In this document: positions 21,250 through 31,845 of the stretch, in pieces
Layout: every line of letters starts with the position of its first letter
Position numbering within the stretch: position 1 is the first letter of the stretch
Assembly (NCBI RefSeq): GCF_001194135.2
Contig: NC_069000.1
Coordinates: forward strand, 44,529,159 to 44,563,251
DNA: 34,093 bases
Direction: 5' to 3'
Source: Octopus bimaculoides
Lineage: Eukaryota
Program-made: the position numbers and the translations under genes
The notes under the pieces: model-generated
What the model was told of the DNA's origin: nothing
Databases searched by the model: none
What the model saw: the letters and a program-made list of their open reading frames with translations, nothing else

Positions 21250-22264
21250 CTCGCCAAAACACAAAGAATCCGCCCGTATGAGAAACGCCAACGCTTCTTT
21301 GAACAAAACAAACACATCAACTCTAACCCCCAAAAGATTCTACCAAGAACTTGGTAAAAAGAAAGTGGAGACCAATACAGCGCCAACAGCAGAAGTGTAA
21401 GAACTTTGGAAAGAAATAGGGTCGGCAAAGGAACAACCTCAAAAAGGTCTATCAAAGCAACGAACACAGCACCTGAACAGCCCTGGACCCCTAAAACTAC
21501 TGAAGAGGCCAACCAGGCACTGCAAAAGCTAAGTAAGTGGAAGGCTATAAATTCCTTAGCAGTTCTTGTTATTTGACAGTTTCATTGTGTTGAACTGGAA
21601 TATGAGCGAAATAAGGAAGATTGACAGGAAAATCCATAAGCTGTTGACTTGCAATAAGATGCACCACCGAAAGGCAGCCGCAGATCAGAGCTCAAGGAGG
21701 TCGAGGCTTGATCCAATTTGAAATCTCCTACAAAACCACCACAATTGGACCGGCGAAATATCTTGAAATATCTAACGACTGGATGCTAAAGCTCGATGAA
21801 AACCATGAAGGACGTAAGAAACTTCATTCTGCTATGCAGGAGGGCCAAAAATTTTCAAGTGAGTTTATGTATAACACCCAGGTTGAACAGCATGAGGGAA
21901 GTGTAGCAACTGTGGTTGCGAAGAAGGTGAAATCAATAGCAAAGTAAAATGCGTTTGAACAATTGGCTGATAGGTGGGAACAAAAAATTCTGCACGGCAA
22001 ATATGTGTCCTGTAGCAAAGGAGCTGATGTAGACCAGAAGCACACCCATCAGTGGCTACGGAGCTCAGGGCTAAAGGCAGAGAGTGGAGGCTCTATCTTG
22101 ACTGATCACTTGGAATGATCAAAAATGGAACTGAAAACTATTTAAGAACGATCCCTGGCTTACCATCCATGGCCTACCAATTTATACAGTGCGTTTCTCT
22201 GCCCTGGGTGTCAGGAAGACATTCGATAAGAAGTGGAAACAAAATTGAAAGAAGATGTTAATGA
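21250..22264 (+). mobile_element. Internally deleted R4/Dong-like non-LTR retrotransposon
   Basis: Broken frames give LAKTQRIRPYEKRQRFFEQNK...NSNP (pre-RT), ALQKLSKWKA (RT start), NWNMSEIRKIDRKIHKLLTCNKMHH...GLIQFE...WEQKILHGKY...QWLRSSGLKAE (post-RT) and LGMIKNGTENYLRTIPGLPS (C-terminus), then a short 3' UTR and (AAT)n. Confidence 0.85.
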
Positions 22265-22265
22265 A

Positions 22266-22349
<84 letters not shown>

Positions 22350-22350
22350 A

Positions 22351-22430
<80 letters not shown>

Positions 22431-22434
22431 AGTA

Positions 22435-22495
<61 letters not shown>

Positions 22496-22505
22496 TAATA
22501 ATAAT
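22265..22505. repeat. Long (AAT)n array with a duplicated interruption pattern
   Basis: About 240 bp. The AAA and AGT interruptions recur in the same order twice. Confidence 0.95.
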
Positions 22506-23863
22506 ATATAAGGACAATTGATGAGGGAATTAAATAAGAAAAAAAAACAGCAGAGAAACTATGGAAAATAGAAAAATCAAATTACTGATATAACAGATGG
22601 GAAACAATATCAATGCGGCGCCACACGAATGGTAAGACACCACAGCAAACAATATTATTTAATCCATGAAGGGAAAAGAAATGCGGAGATCATTCGGAAT
22701 TGATAAAATCTATATGTGCTTGTGAAAATACCTACAAATCTTGCACTGAAATAAGGTCAACTGTTTCAATAAAATAAGGTGACCATTCTAAATATCAGTG
22801 TCACAAAGAAAAAAACAACCCAGACTTCTAATTGTATTCACTGACCTATTCTCGTATAGAGAGGGTAGCTCCGTTCAGCGACATCAAATTCAGGAAACCT
22901 GTACCGAACGGAAAGCAACACCATGAATAAACTAAACGAAAACCTTTATGCTTTGTTGTTTCTTTTCCTCCCGTTTATGCTTCGGTACTCTTTATATATA
23001 TATACCTCATTTAATATATATACCTCCGTTACTTATCGATAATTCGTTCTTTTATTTTTCACTGCTCCATTAATTTATGCTCGGGAACTGATCACCTTGC
23101 AACTTGTTAGTGCTTAATCAATAAATAATTTACACTCAGCTTGATTTCATCTGAGTATTCCATTCTTTGTGTACTTTGATTGTAATTTACTACGTACAAA
23201 CCATAACTTTTAACTATATGTATCTCTCTCCCCCCTCTCTCTCTATGTATTTATACATACACACACACACACGCACACATTATAAGGGCATACAGTTTAG
23301 TGTTCCGTGAAGGTAAGGTCAACAAAAAGTGCTCCATCCAGTGAACGTATTTAAATAAGAGGTACTAATAGTTTCTTGCCGTTAAGACACGTAGGTAGGC
23401 AGATTTTAATAAAGGTATCTTGCTTAGAGATACAAGGTACACAATAAAAAACCTGACGATCAGCGTGTCTTAACAGCAAGAAACTATTAGTCGGTCTTAT
23501 TTTAATACAGTGTACATTAAATGATATGCATGCATATATATATCGTAACACATGTACACAATCACACACACTCACGAACTTTTGCAAGAAGTTCTTGATA
23601 CTGTTACAGTAGTTGAAGACAGATTTTTTAAAATGAAAAATTACCAATTATATAAAAAAATATTAATAAAACGAAACATCACGAGCTTTTTGGAAAGAGG
23701 TTTTCTTAGACTTTCTTCAAATATATACATATATATATACATATATATANNNNNNNNNNNNNNNNNNNNNNNNNNNNNNNNNNNNNNNNNNNNNNNNNNN
23801 NNNNNNNNNNNNNNNNNNNNNNNNNNNNNNNNNNNNNNNNNNNNNNNNNNNNNNNNNNNNNNN

Positions 23864-23896
<33 letters not shown>

Positions 23897-23924
23897 ATAT
23901 ATATAATACAAATGATACATGAGC

Positions 23925-24140
23925 ATATGCATGTATACATACATATATGTACATACCTACATCTACATGTATATATAGATGCATATCCGGGTACAGGACG
24001 TCAGAAAAAGGAACGGGAACATAAAGCACAAAACGGACTTTGTTTACAGACAACAGTACGAACACATAGGAAAACAGACGAGCCATTTATGGAACTATTC
24101 CTTCATCAGCTGCCTCTATTCCAAACTAGGCGTTCAAATA
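23925..24140 (-). mobile_element. Dispersed repeat family F
   Basis: Reverse complement matches 32895-33125 (GCAGCTGATGAAGG...GACGTCCTGTACCC...ATGCAT...CATATATGTATG). Confidence 0.7.
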
Positions 24141-24196
24141 TATATATATGTATACCTATCTATCTATCATCTCTCTTTCTCACTCACTCTCTCTAG

Positions 24197-24233
<37 letters not shown>

Positions 24234-24268
24234 GGTTTAATTCTGTAATCATGTTCTTATCATTTCAG

Positions 24269-24410
24269 GGTTTTCAAAGAACATGTTTAATTTTGGTCCC
24301 GGCAATGAACACTTGGGAAACAAAGTAGTGTTAACGTCTCCAACAGAGGCTTACGACTGTGACATCCACGAAGATGGCAACACAGAGCAGCTTATTACAT
24401 GTTATACAAG
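24269..24410 (+). CDS. PKHD1L1: PKHD1L1-like coding exon 3
   Basis: Acceptor catttcAG, donor AG|GTACAT, 142 bp, phase 1/2. Encodes (G)FSKNMFNFGPGNEHLGNKVVLTSPTEAYDCDIHEDGNTEQLITCYT(R), matching recalled PKHD1L1 GFSQANQFNYG...LGNSVQL...CDV..D....QITCYTR. Confidence 0.92.
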
Positions 24411-24501
24411 GTACATAGAACATATACGTATATACACATATATAGTCTTTTAGTCTTTTATGTTTTCCAGCCAGGTGGGTGTGGTCATGCTGGAGCACCA
24501 C

Positions 24502-24544
<43 letters not shown>

Positions 24545-25415
24545 NNNNNNNNNNNNNNNNNNNNNNNNNNNNNNNNNNNNNNNNNNNNNNNNNNNNNNNN
24601 NNNNNNNNNNNNNNNNNNNNNNNNNNNNNNNNNNNNNNNNNNNNNNNNNNNNNNNNNNNNNNNNNNNNNNNNNNNNNNNNNNNNNNNNNNNNNNNNNNNN
24701 NNNNNNNNNNNNNNNNNNNNNNNNNNNNNNNNNNNNNNNNNNNNNNNNNNNNNNNNNNNNNNNNNNNNNNNNNNNNNNNNNNNNNNNNNNNNNNNNNNNN
24801 NNNNNNNNNNNNNNNNNNNNNNNNNNNNNNNNNNNNNNNNNNNNNNNNNNNNNNNNNNNNNNNNNNNNNNNNNNNNNNNNNNNNNNNNNNNNNNNNNNNN
24901 NNNNNNNNNNNNNNNNNNNNNNNNNNNNNNNNNNNNNNNNNNNNNNNNNNNNNNNNNNNNNNNNNNNNNNNNNNNNNNNNNNNNNNNNNNNNNNNNNNNN
25001 NNNNNNNNNNNNNNNNNNNNNNNNNNNNNNNNNNNNNNNNNNNNNNNNNNNNNNNNNNNNNNNNNNNNNNNNNNNNNNNNNNNNNNNNNNNNNNNNNNNN
25101 NNNNNNNNNNNNNNNNNNNNNNNNNNNNNNNNNNNNNNNNNNNNNNNNNNNNNNNNNNNNNNNNNNNNNNNNNNNNNNNNNNNNNNNNNNNNNNNNNNNN
25201 NNNNNNNNNNNNNNNNNNNNNNNNNNNNNNNNNNNNNNNNNNNNNNNNNNNNNNNNNNNNNNNNNNNNNNNNNNNNNNNNNNNNNNNNNNNNNNNNNNNN
25301 NNNNNNNNNNNNNNNNNNNNNNNNNNNNNNNNNNNNNNNNNNNNNNNNNNNNNNNNNNNNNNNNNNNNNNNNNNNNNNNNNNNNNNNNNNNNNNNNNNNN
25401 NNNNNNNNNNNNNNN

Positions 25416-25465
25416 CCGGGAAACCGGGCCCATGAGCCTGGCTAGGCTTTAAAAGGGCGCATTTA
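25416..25465 (+). mobile_element. SINE family E 3' tail (rest in gap)
   Basis: CCGGGAAACCGGG motif as at 27610-27628. Confidence 0.5.
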
Positions 25466-25707
25466 CATATTTTATTTATATATATACATATATGTATATG
25501 TACTATACACATACTATACACATACACACATATAAATATGCGAGTGTGAATATGCTTGCATGTATTATATATATGTGTACGAACGTTTGCGTGCACAAGT
25601 CTGACTGTTGGGGCGCATGCGTTGTACGCATTCTGCAGTAAGCACTTGAAGACAGTTCATCGTTGAATCACTCATTGTTTTCTCTTTCCTCTTCCTGCTA
25701 CTCCTAG

Positions 25708-25816
25708 GCCCATGCCGCCCGACCTCTACAACATACAGATTACTGTGGATGGCCAACTGATAGATGACAAGAGGATATGTCGCGGCAAAATCAACCATTG
25801 GCATTGCACACACCGG
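25708..25816 (+). CDS. PKHD1L1: PKHD1L1-like coding exon 4
   Basis: Long polypyrimidine tract plus AG, donor GTAAGT, 109 bp, phase 2/0. Encodes (R)PMPPDLYNIQITVDGQLIDDKRICRGKINHWHCTHR, matching recalled PKHD1L1 RAMPEDSYTVRVSVDGVP....NTCKGHINSWECTF. Confidence 0.92.
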
Positions 25817-26274
25817 GTAAGTAGATTGCTTCCCCACCGGCCACATACATACATATAAATATATATATGTATGGATGGACGGACGGATGTATGTATGTAT
25901 GTATGTATGTTTGTATCTATGCATGCCATTATTGAGTTTTATTTCAAGATTTCTTGACAATGGAGAAAGGTCCGGCTTCTACCCTGGATCCAAGATCCTT
26001 CATTGGTATTTCAGCATCAACAACAGGGTAGTTTTGTATGTATGCATACATGTATGTATGTATGTATGTATGTATGTATGCATGTATGTATGTATATTTG
26101 CAGATTTGCATGTTTTATGTATGTATTCTCATGCATATAGTTGCATATCTAGACATGCTTATATATATTTAAATGATAAACTTCAGGAAAGTTTTTTAGA
26201 TTTTTACAGTTCCAGTGATGGCTTAGATTTGCATGTATGTATGTATGTATGTATGTATGTATGTATGTATATAT

Positions 26275-26819
26275 TCTTTTACTTGTTTCAGTCATTTGAC
26301 TGCGGCTATGCTGGAGCACCACCTTTAGTCGAGCAAATCGACCCCAGGACTTATTCTTTGGAAGCCTAGTACTTATTCTATCGGTCTCTTTTGCCGAACC
26401 GCTAAGTTACGGGGACGTAAACATACCACCATCGGTTGTCAAGCGATGTTGNNNNNNNNNNNNNNNNNNNNNNNNNNNNNNNNNNNNNNNNNNNNNNNNN
26501 NNNNNNNNNNNNNNNNNNNNNNNNNNNNNNNNNNNNNNNNNNNNNNNNNNNNNNNNNNNNNNNNNNNNNNNNNNNNNNNNNNNNNNNNNNNNNNNNNNNN
26601 NNNNNNNNNNNNNNNNNNNNNNNNNNNNNNNNNNNNNNATATATATATATATATACAACAGGCTTCTTTCAATTTCCGTCTACCAAATCCACTCACAAGA
26701 CTTTGGTCGGCCAGAATCTGTAGTAGAAGACACTTACCCAAGGTGCCACGCAGTAGGAATGAACCCGGAACCATGTGGTCGGTAAGCAAGCTACTTACCA
26801 CACAGCCACTCCTGCGCCT
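26275..26819 (-). mobile_element. Composite SINE B/D: tRNA head (B) + internal microsatellite (gap) + D tail
   Basis: Minus-strand head AGGCGCAGGAGTGGCTGTGTGG...GGTTCCGGGTTCATTCC at 26819-26654, (TA)n and gap, D module at 26451-26275. Confidence 0.85.
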
Positions 26820-27296
26820 ATGTGCATATAAATGTAAATAGCGGGTGAGAGAAAGAGTGAGAAAGAGAGAGATAGAAACACAGGGAAGGTGGTGGCGACG
26901 GAGGGCGTTTCACAACGGATAGCACAAATGTCACCAGAACAATTGTGAATAGATCCATTAATCACTTCGCCAGTTAGTTAATTAAGTTGCCCTAATTAAA
27001 CGCAACAGGCTTGCCTCCTTTGATGTCTACCTCTTAAACACCTTCAGACCGGGTGTTGAATCAGTACTAAAAGAAAACTCGATGGCTCGGCTTACGTTAT
27101 ATATTGGTCAAGTGCTTCGAAGGCAGGGAGGTGGTGACGAGGTTGGGGTTATGTTGACATCTAGAAGAGCAGCGGGGGTGGCAGAAAGAAGAGAAAAGAG
27201 AAGAAAAAACCCCAAAGAGCTCTGAAGTTTGTATAAAATGTCACGAGCTATGTTTAGTTACGTCGCACTGAGACCAACTCCCCGGTGGTGGTGGTA

Positions 27297-27335
<39 letters not shown>

Positions 27336-27361
27336 GTAATAATGTCGTCATAAGTAGTCAT

Positions 27362-27552
27362 GGAGGCGCGTGGCTTAGTGGTTGGAGTGTTGGACTCATA
27401 ATCGTAAGATTGTGGTGTCGATCCCTGGACCGGGTGATACGTTATGTTCTTGAGTGAAAAAACCCCCCACCTCATTTCACGTTGCTCCAGTTCCACTCAG
27501 CTGGCAAAAAAGAGTCATCCTACGGGAAACATATATATACATACATACATAC

Positions 27553-27608
<56 letters not shown>

Positions 27609-27628
27609 GCCATGGGAAACCGGGAAAC
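27362..27628 (+). mobile_element. SINE family E, full length, with internal (TA)n
   Basis: A box TGGCTTAGTGG (27371), B-box-like GTGTCGATCCC (27415), CORE-like GTTCTTGAG...TTTCACGTTGCTCCAG..CCACTCAGCTGGCAAAAA, (TA)n at 27530-27606, tail CGCCATGGGAAACCGGGAAAC. Confidence 0.88.
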
Positions 27629-28069
27629 GTTCTCTTATTAGAAGGATGCTTTATCCTTTTTCTTCGTAATCGAGTGAAAGTTGGTAGTAAGTTCTACGCA
27701 TTCACTAATTCTTTAGATTCCTACGTAGTCGGGAGGAAGGCTGTTCTAAGATATGGATGCAGAGACCAATGGTAAGGGGGTTTCATAGGTCTATGAATGC
27801 CGTGGCTTGCTGTTAATAAATAAATTCTATTATGCTCAATTCATTGATTTGCCCGCGGGCCTCATGTGCCTAGGAGCCTAATTCTGATTTATATATACTG
27901 TTGCTTGCTGTCAGTAAATAAATATTCCAGGGCCCAAATGCTTGGGCGCCTATAATGTTTCTAAGACAGCTGTGGTTGCGAGAAAACATAAACATACTCC
28001 CCACACCAACTCATGATCCAGTGGAGCAACCTGAATGTGACGAGTGGAAGTAGGTAGAGAGACGGAGGA

Positions 28070-28213
28070 GGCTTTCCCCCAGCACACAGCTGGTACTCAA
28101 CTGAAATTTAGTATTTTGCTCAAGGACACAGTATTCCTTTCACTCCAAGCATTGAACCCACGATCTTATGCTCCTGAGCCTAAGGCCCTTAACCACCAGG
28201 CCACGCGCCTTCT
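28070..28213 (-). mobile_element. Older SINE family E-like copy
   Basis: Reverse complement reads GAAGGCGCGTGGCCTGGTGGTTAAGG...GGGTTCAATGC...GTGTCCTTGAGCAAAATAC...CCAGCTG. Confidence 0.75.
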
Positions 28214-28286
28214 CCACTAGCATAAAGATGCGCCACAGTGTGTTCTGAGTGTTTTATTCTTCTGTATTTTTCTTTTATTATTCCAG

Positions 28287-28344
28287 ACTTACAAACATTT
28301 ATCCCCTGAGATCATAAAAATAACACCAATCGCATCACGACCAG
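28287..28344 (+). CDS. PKHD1L1: PKHD1L1-like coding exon 5
   Basis: Acceptor ttttattattccAG, donor G|GTATGT, 58 bp, phase 0/1. Encodes TYKHLSPEIIKITPIASRP(G), matching recalled AKSFRTPTIRSITPLSGTPG. Confidence 0.85.
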
Positions 28345-28351
28345 GTATGTT

Positions 28352-28447
28352 ACAGGTGTTGTTATTGTTGTTGTGGTTATCGGTGATCTTGTTGATGTTG
28401 TTGTTGTTGTTGTTGTTGTTGTTGCTGTTGTTGTTGTTGTTGTTGCT
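28352..28447. repeat. (GTT)n microsatellite
   Basis: Seen directly. Confidence 0.9.
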
Positions 28448-28461
28448 ATCATTGATGTGGC

Positions 28462-28845
28462 TCAGAGGCCAATGCAAAGTTGCAGAAGGTGTATGAAGAG
28501 GAGTGTATGAGCTGAACACAAGTGTACGAGTGGTTCAGACCTTTCGAAGATAGCCGAAAAAATGTCGATACTGATGAAAGTTCTGGGAGACCCACAACCA
28601 GCAGAACTGAGAAATACATCGCAGATGCGCATGCAGTTGTGAGGGGAAATCGCCGAATCACTATCCGTGAGTTATCAGATGTACAGATTAGATACGGTCA
28701 AATTTAGTCCATTATCACTGAAGATTTGGGTATGAGACATGTGTCTGCCAAGTTTGTGCCAAAACTGCTTTCAGCTGACCAAAAAGACACTCTGGTTTCA
28801 GTTGCACAAGATCTCTTTGATTGTGTCGAGAACGATGAAAACTTT
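28462..28845 (+). mobile_element. Mariner transposase internal fragment (HTH1-HTH2 and linker), pseudogene
   Basis: A single frame reads SEANAKLQKVYEEECMS*TQVYEWFRPFEDSRKNVDTDESSGRPTTSRTEKYIA...NRRITIRELSD...I*SIITEDLGMRHVSAKFVPKLLSADQK. It has the GRP motif and FVPKLL (WVPHEL-equivalent), with two in-frame stops consistent with C-to-T changes. Confidence 0.92.
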
Positions 28846-29263
28846 GCGTAGGCTTCTGAGCAGGTATCGTCCAAGCTTTTGGCAAAATTTGATGTAGATT
28901 CTCTGTTCAACTTTCTGTCATGGTCAATGCAACGCGACGATCAGACATTACACACGTTCCTTCCAAGCACTGCTTAAACGGCAGAAGTGAGCTAGGTCAT
29001 TAAAACTTAGTGCGCATGCACAGGATAGTTCAAGGTCAATCTGTACGAAGCGGTTTTACTCTGCGTGCTTTAGCTTCGTTACTATGGCAACAGTCCAGCT
29101 ACTCATTGATCAGACCACTATTAGAGCACTTTGATATATACAATAAAGATAATATACATTGGGATTTTAAAAAATATGAGGAGTGGTACAGAAAGTTAAA
29201 TAAAACGCAGAGTGAAATATAGATTTTTATACTTTACATGTATAAAAATTTCATCTTGGTTTC

Positions 29264-29462
29264 AGGTTTGGGCATCAGGCAAGCAAATTTGGGGCAGAGG
29301 GTAAGTCGATTACATTGACCCCGCTCAACTAGTACTTGTTTGATCGATTCCGCAAAGAAGAAAGGCAGAGTCGATCTCGACGGAATTTGAACTCATGGGG
29401 TGAGGGACGAAATGTCGCTAAGCATTTTGCCTGGTGTGCTAACGATTCTGTCAGCTTACCGC
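29264..29462 (-). mobile_element. SINE family A (diverged)
   Basis: Reverse complement reads TGACAGAATCGTTAGCAC...GAGTTCAAATTCCGTCGAG...GGGGTCAATGTAATCGAC. Confidence 0.85.
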
Positions 29463-29487
29463 ATTAAATTTAATATATATTAAAACT

Positions 29488-29729
29488 AAGCACAGGCGTG
29501 GTTGTGTCTTAAGAAGCTTGCTTCCCAACCACATGGTTCCGGGTTCAGTTCCACAGCGTGGCACCTTGGACAAGTGTCTTCTTCTATAGCCTCAGCCTGA
29601 CCAATGCCTTGTAAGTGGATTTGCCTTTCATCCTTTCGAGGTCGATCAATTAAGTACCAGTAATACACTGGGGTCGATGTAATCGATTAGTTCCCCCACC
29701 CAAATTTCAGGCCTCCTGCCTATAGCAGA

Positions 29730-29760
<31 letters not shown>
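29488..29760 (+). mobile_element. SINE B head fused to SINE A 3' half, ending in (ATT)n
   Basis: B sequence to GTGGATT (about 29621), then the A body TTGCCTTTCATCC...GCAGAAAG and (TAT)n. Confidence 0.85.
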
Positions 29761-29762
<2 letters not shown>

Positions 29763-29846
29763 GTCTTTATTCATCCCCTTCTTTTTTATCTTTAAAAATA
29801 ATTTTATTCATATTTTTTAAATTTTCTTTCTGTCTTCTCTCTGAAG

Positions 29847-29940
29847 GTGGAATGCTCAAAATTGATGGGAAAATCTTCACAGATCTTTTTGGAAGCTCCA
29901 ATTCCACAGCATCAAACGGAAGAGTAGAAAAGATTGTCAG
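29847..29940 (+). CDS. PKHD1L1: PKHD1L1-like coding exon 6 (gene continues; next exon not seen in the window)
   Basis: Acceptor tgtcttctctctgaAG, donor AG|GTCAGT, 94 bp, phase 1/2. Encodes (G)GMLKIDGKIFTDLFGSSNSTASNGRVEKIV(R), matching recalled GTLITIQGRIFTDVYGSNIALSSNGKNVRILR. Confidence 0.92.
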
Positions 29941-30584
29941 GTCAGTTATATAACTATTTACAGTTCGGTCTGAGAGTTCAATGGTCCTGTGACATCATTC
30001 ATGTGTCCAGTGGTTTGCTTACCTCCATATTGTCTTTAAGGAGAATTTCTTCTCTTGAGAGAAATTGCGCAGCATTTTGTCTTTCCACGTCCGAATGTGC
30101 ACGAACATGTTTAATATAACTGTCCATAATAATACTTCTTCTGCTACCAAGGCCATAGAACAGAAGATCCGCAATGTACGGTTTATGGAGACTATCCTCG
30201 TTGATAAACTAAAATATTATGGTAGTGGAATAGTATTTAAATACTATTTCTAAATTTCGGTATGTGGTGAAGCAATTTTGCTGAACCCTAATTATAATTA
30301 TGCTTATAATTATAAAAATTTTGTAATATCTATCAACGGTAGACACGAACTACTGTAAGTGGATTGGCCTTTATAATAATATCAATCTACGTATGTCGCA
30401 TTCTCCCTTCTACATCTCCGAGCATAATATATCAGCTTATTACCATTATCCACTTTCTCTTGGCAATGGCGTTTTAAATCAGGTTTATTGAAAGATAAAG
30501 ATAAATCCCTTTCGGCACCTGCTCTTCTCTTTTAGATTTACATTCTAAGATTTACGTTTTATATTTACATTCACCGTGTAGCAA

Positions 30585-30706
30585 ATTCATTACGAAAGCA
30601 TTGGTCGAACAGAGTCTACAGTAGAAAAATTTGCCCAAGGAGCCGCACTGTGGGTCTGAACCCGAAACGGCGTGGTTGTAAAACGAGCTTCTTACTCGCA
30701 AAGCCT
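30585..30706 (-). mobile_element. Degenerate SINE B head
   Basis: GTAGAA.A..TTGCCCAAGG.GCCGCA..G.GGG.CTGAACCCG.AAC..CGTGGTTG. Confidence 0.7.
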
Positions 30707-30946
30707 ACTTTCGAAGTCTGCTTTGTAAGATCTCTTTCTTTACATAACAACACTTCGATTTATCGGAGATATATTTAGTGAACATTGACAGATGCACAAG
30801 TAATTATAGGTACAGATATAAATTTATAATGTAAAGAGAGAAGCTATTAAGCTTTGGACGTGTTGGTCCGTGAATAATGTTTCTTCCCGATTTAGAAAGA
30901 AACGGATGCAACGGAAGGACAATTGTGCTTTATAATTGTATATTCG

Positions 30947-31354
30947 TATGTATGTATGTATGTATATATGTGTGTGTATATATATGGATATATATATATA
31001 CATATATATACACTAAGAATTTTTCGGTAACACGCAGAAGAATTTGTCATGGGAGAAGAAAGTTTTGCGTTGCGTTCAAATTCAATTGTGCGGCAAATTC
31101 CTTGCGCAAGTGTCTTCTGCGATAATGTCAGGCCAACCAAGGCACTGTGAGTGAATTTGGTAGACGGAAACTGAAAGAAACCCATCGTGTGTGAGNNNNN
31201 NNNNNNNNNNNNNNNNNNNNNNNNNNNNNNNNNNNNNNNNNNNNNNNNNNNNNNNNNNNNNNNNNNNNNNNNNNNNNNNNNNNNNNNNNNNNNNNNNNNN
31301 NNNNNNNNNNNNNNNNNNNNNNNNNNNNNNNNNNNNNNNNNNNNNNNNNNNNNN

Positions 31355-31391
<37 letters not shown>

Positions 31392-31625
31392 GTATATATG
31401 TGTGTGTATATATATGGATATATATATATACATATATATACACTAAGAATTTTTCGGTAACACGCAGAAGAATTTGTCATGGGAGAAGAAAGTTTTGCGT
31501 TGCGTTCAAATTCAATTGTGCGGCAAATTCCTTGCGCAAGTGTCTTCTGCGATAATGTCAGGCCAACCAAGGCACTGTGAGTGAATTTGGTAGACGGAAA
31601 CTGAAAGAAACCCATCGTGTGTGAG
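30947..31625. repeat. Exact 249-bp direct duplication on either side of a gap (30947-31195 = 31377-31625)
   Basis: Identical sequence at an offset of 430 bp, separated by Ns. Probably a scaffolding artefact. Confidence 0.85.
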
Positions 31626-31845
31626 TGTGTGTGTGTGTATGTGTGTGTGTGTGTCTTTGTGTCTGTGTATGCCTCCCCGCACCGTCTGACAACTGGTGTA
31701 GGTTCGTCTACGTCCGACAAAATAACTACAAGGTTTTAAAAAGCCCTGGGTTCGATGCGTACGTTTAAAAACTCTCCAAGCAGGCGCCCCAGCATGGTCG
31801 CAGTTCGATGACCGAGAACGAGTCGAAGATAAGACCAGATAAGAG
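31461..31845 (+). mobile_element. Diverged composite SINE B/D with internal (TG)n
   Basis: B module to GAAACTGAAAGAAACCCATCG, (TG)n at 31618-31655, then the D-like module ending CCAGCATGG.CGCAGT...GA.CGAG. Confidence 0.75.

Noticed and set aside
26930-27120. Cluster of TAAT/ATTA and CTTTGAT motifs as a possible intronic enhancer
   Set aside because: Such short motifs are expected by chance in AT-rich DNA; no conservation data available.
30130-30175. LLFYGLGSRR (minus strand) resembles the ORC2 motif VLYGLGSKR
   Set aside because: Similarity is limited to about 9 residues and the flanks do not match ORC2.
30947-31625. Apparent recent 249-bp tandem duplication
   Set aside because: 100% identical and separated by an N gap with microsatellite edges; most likely an unmerged contig overlap.
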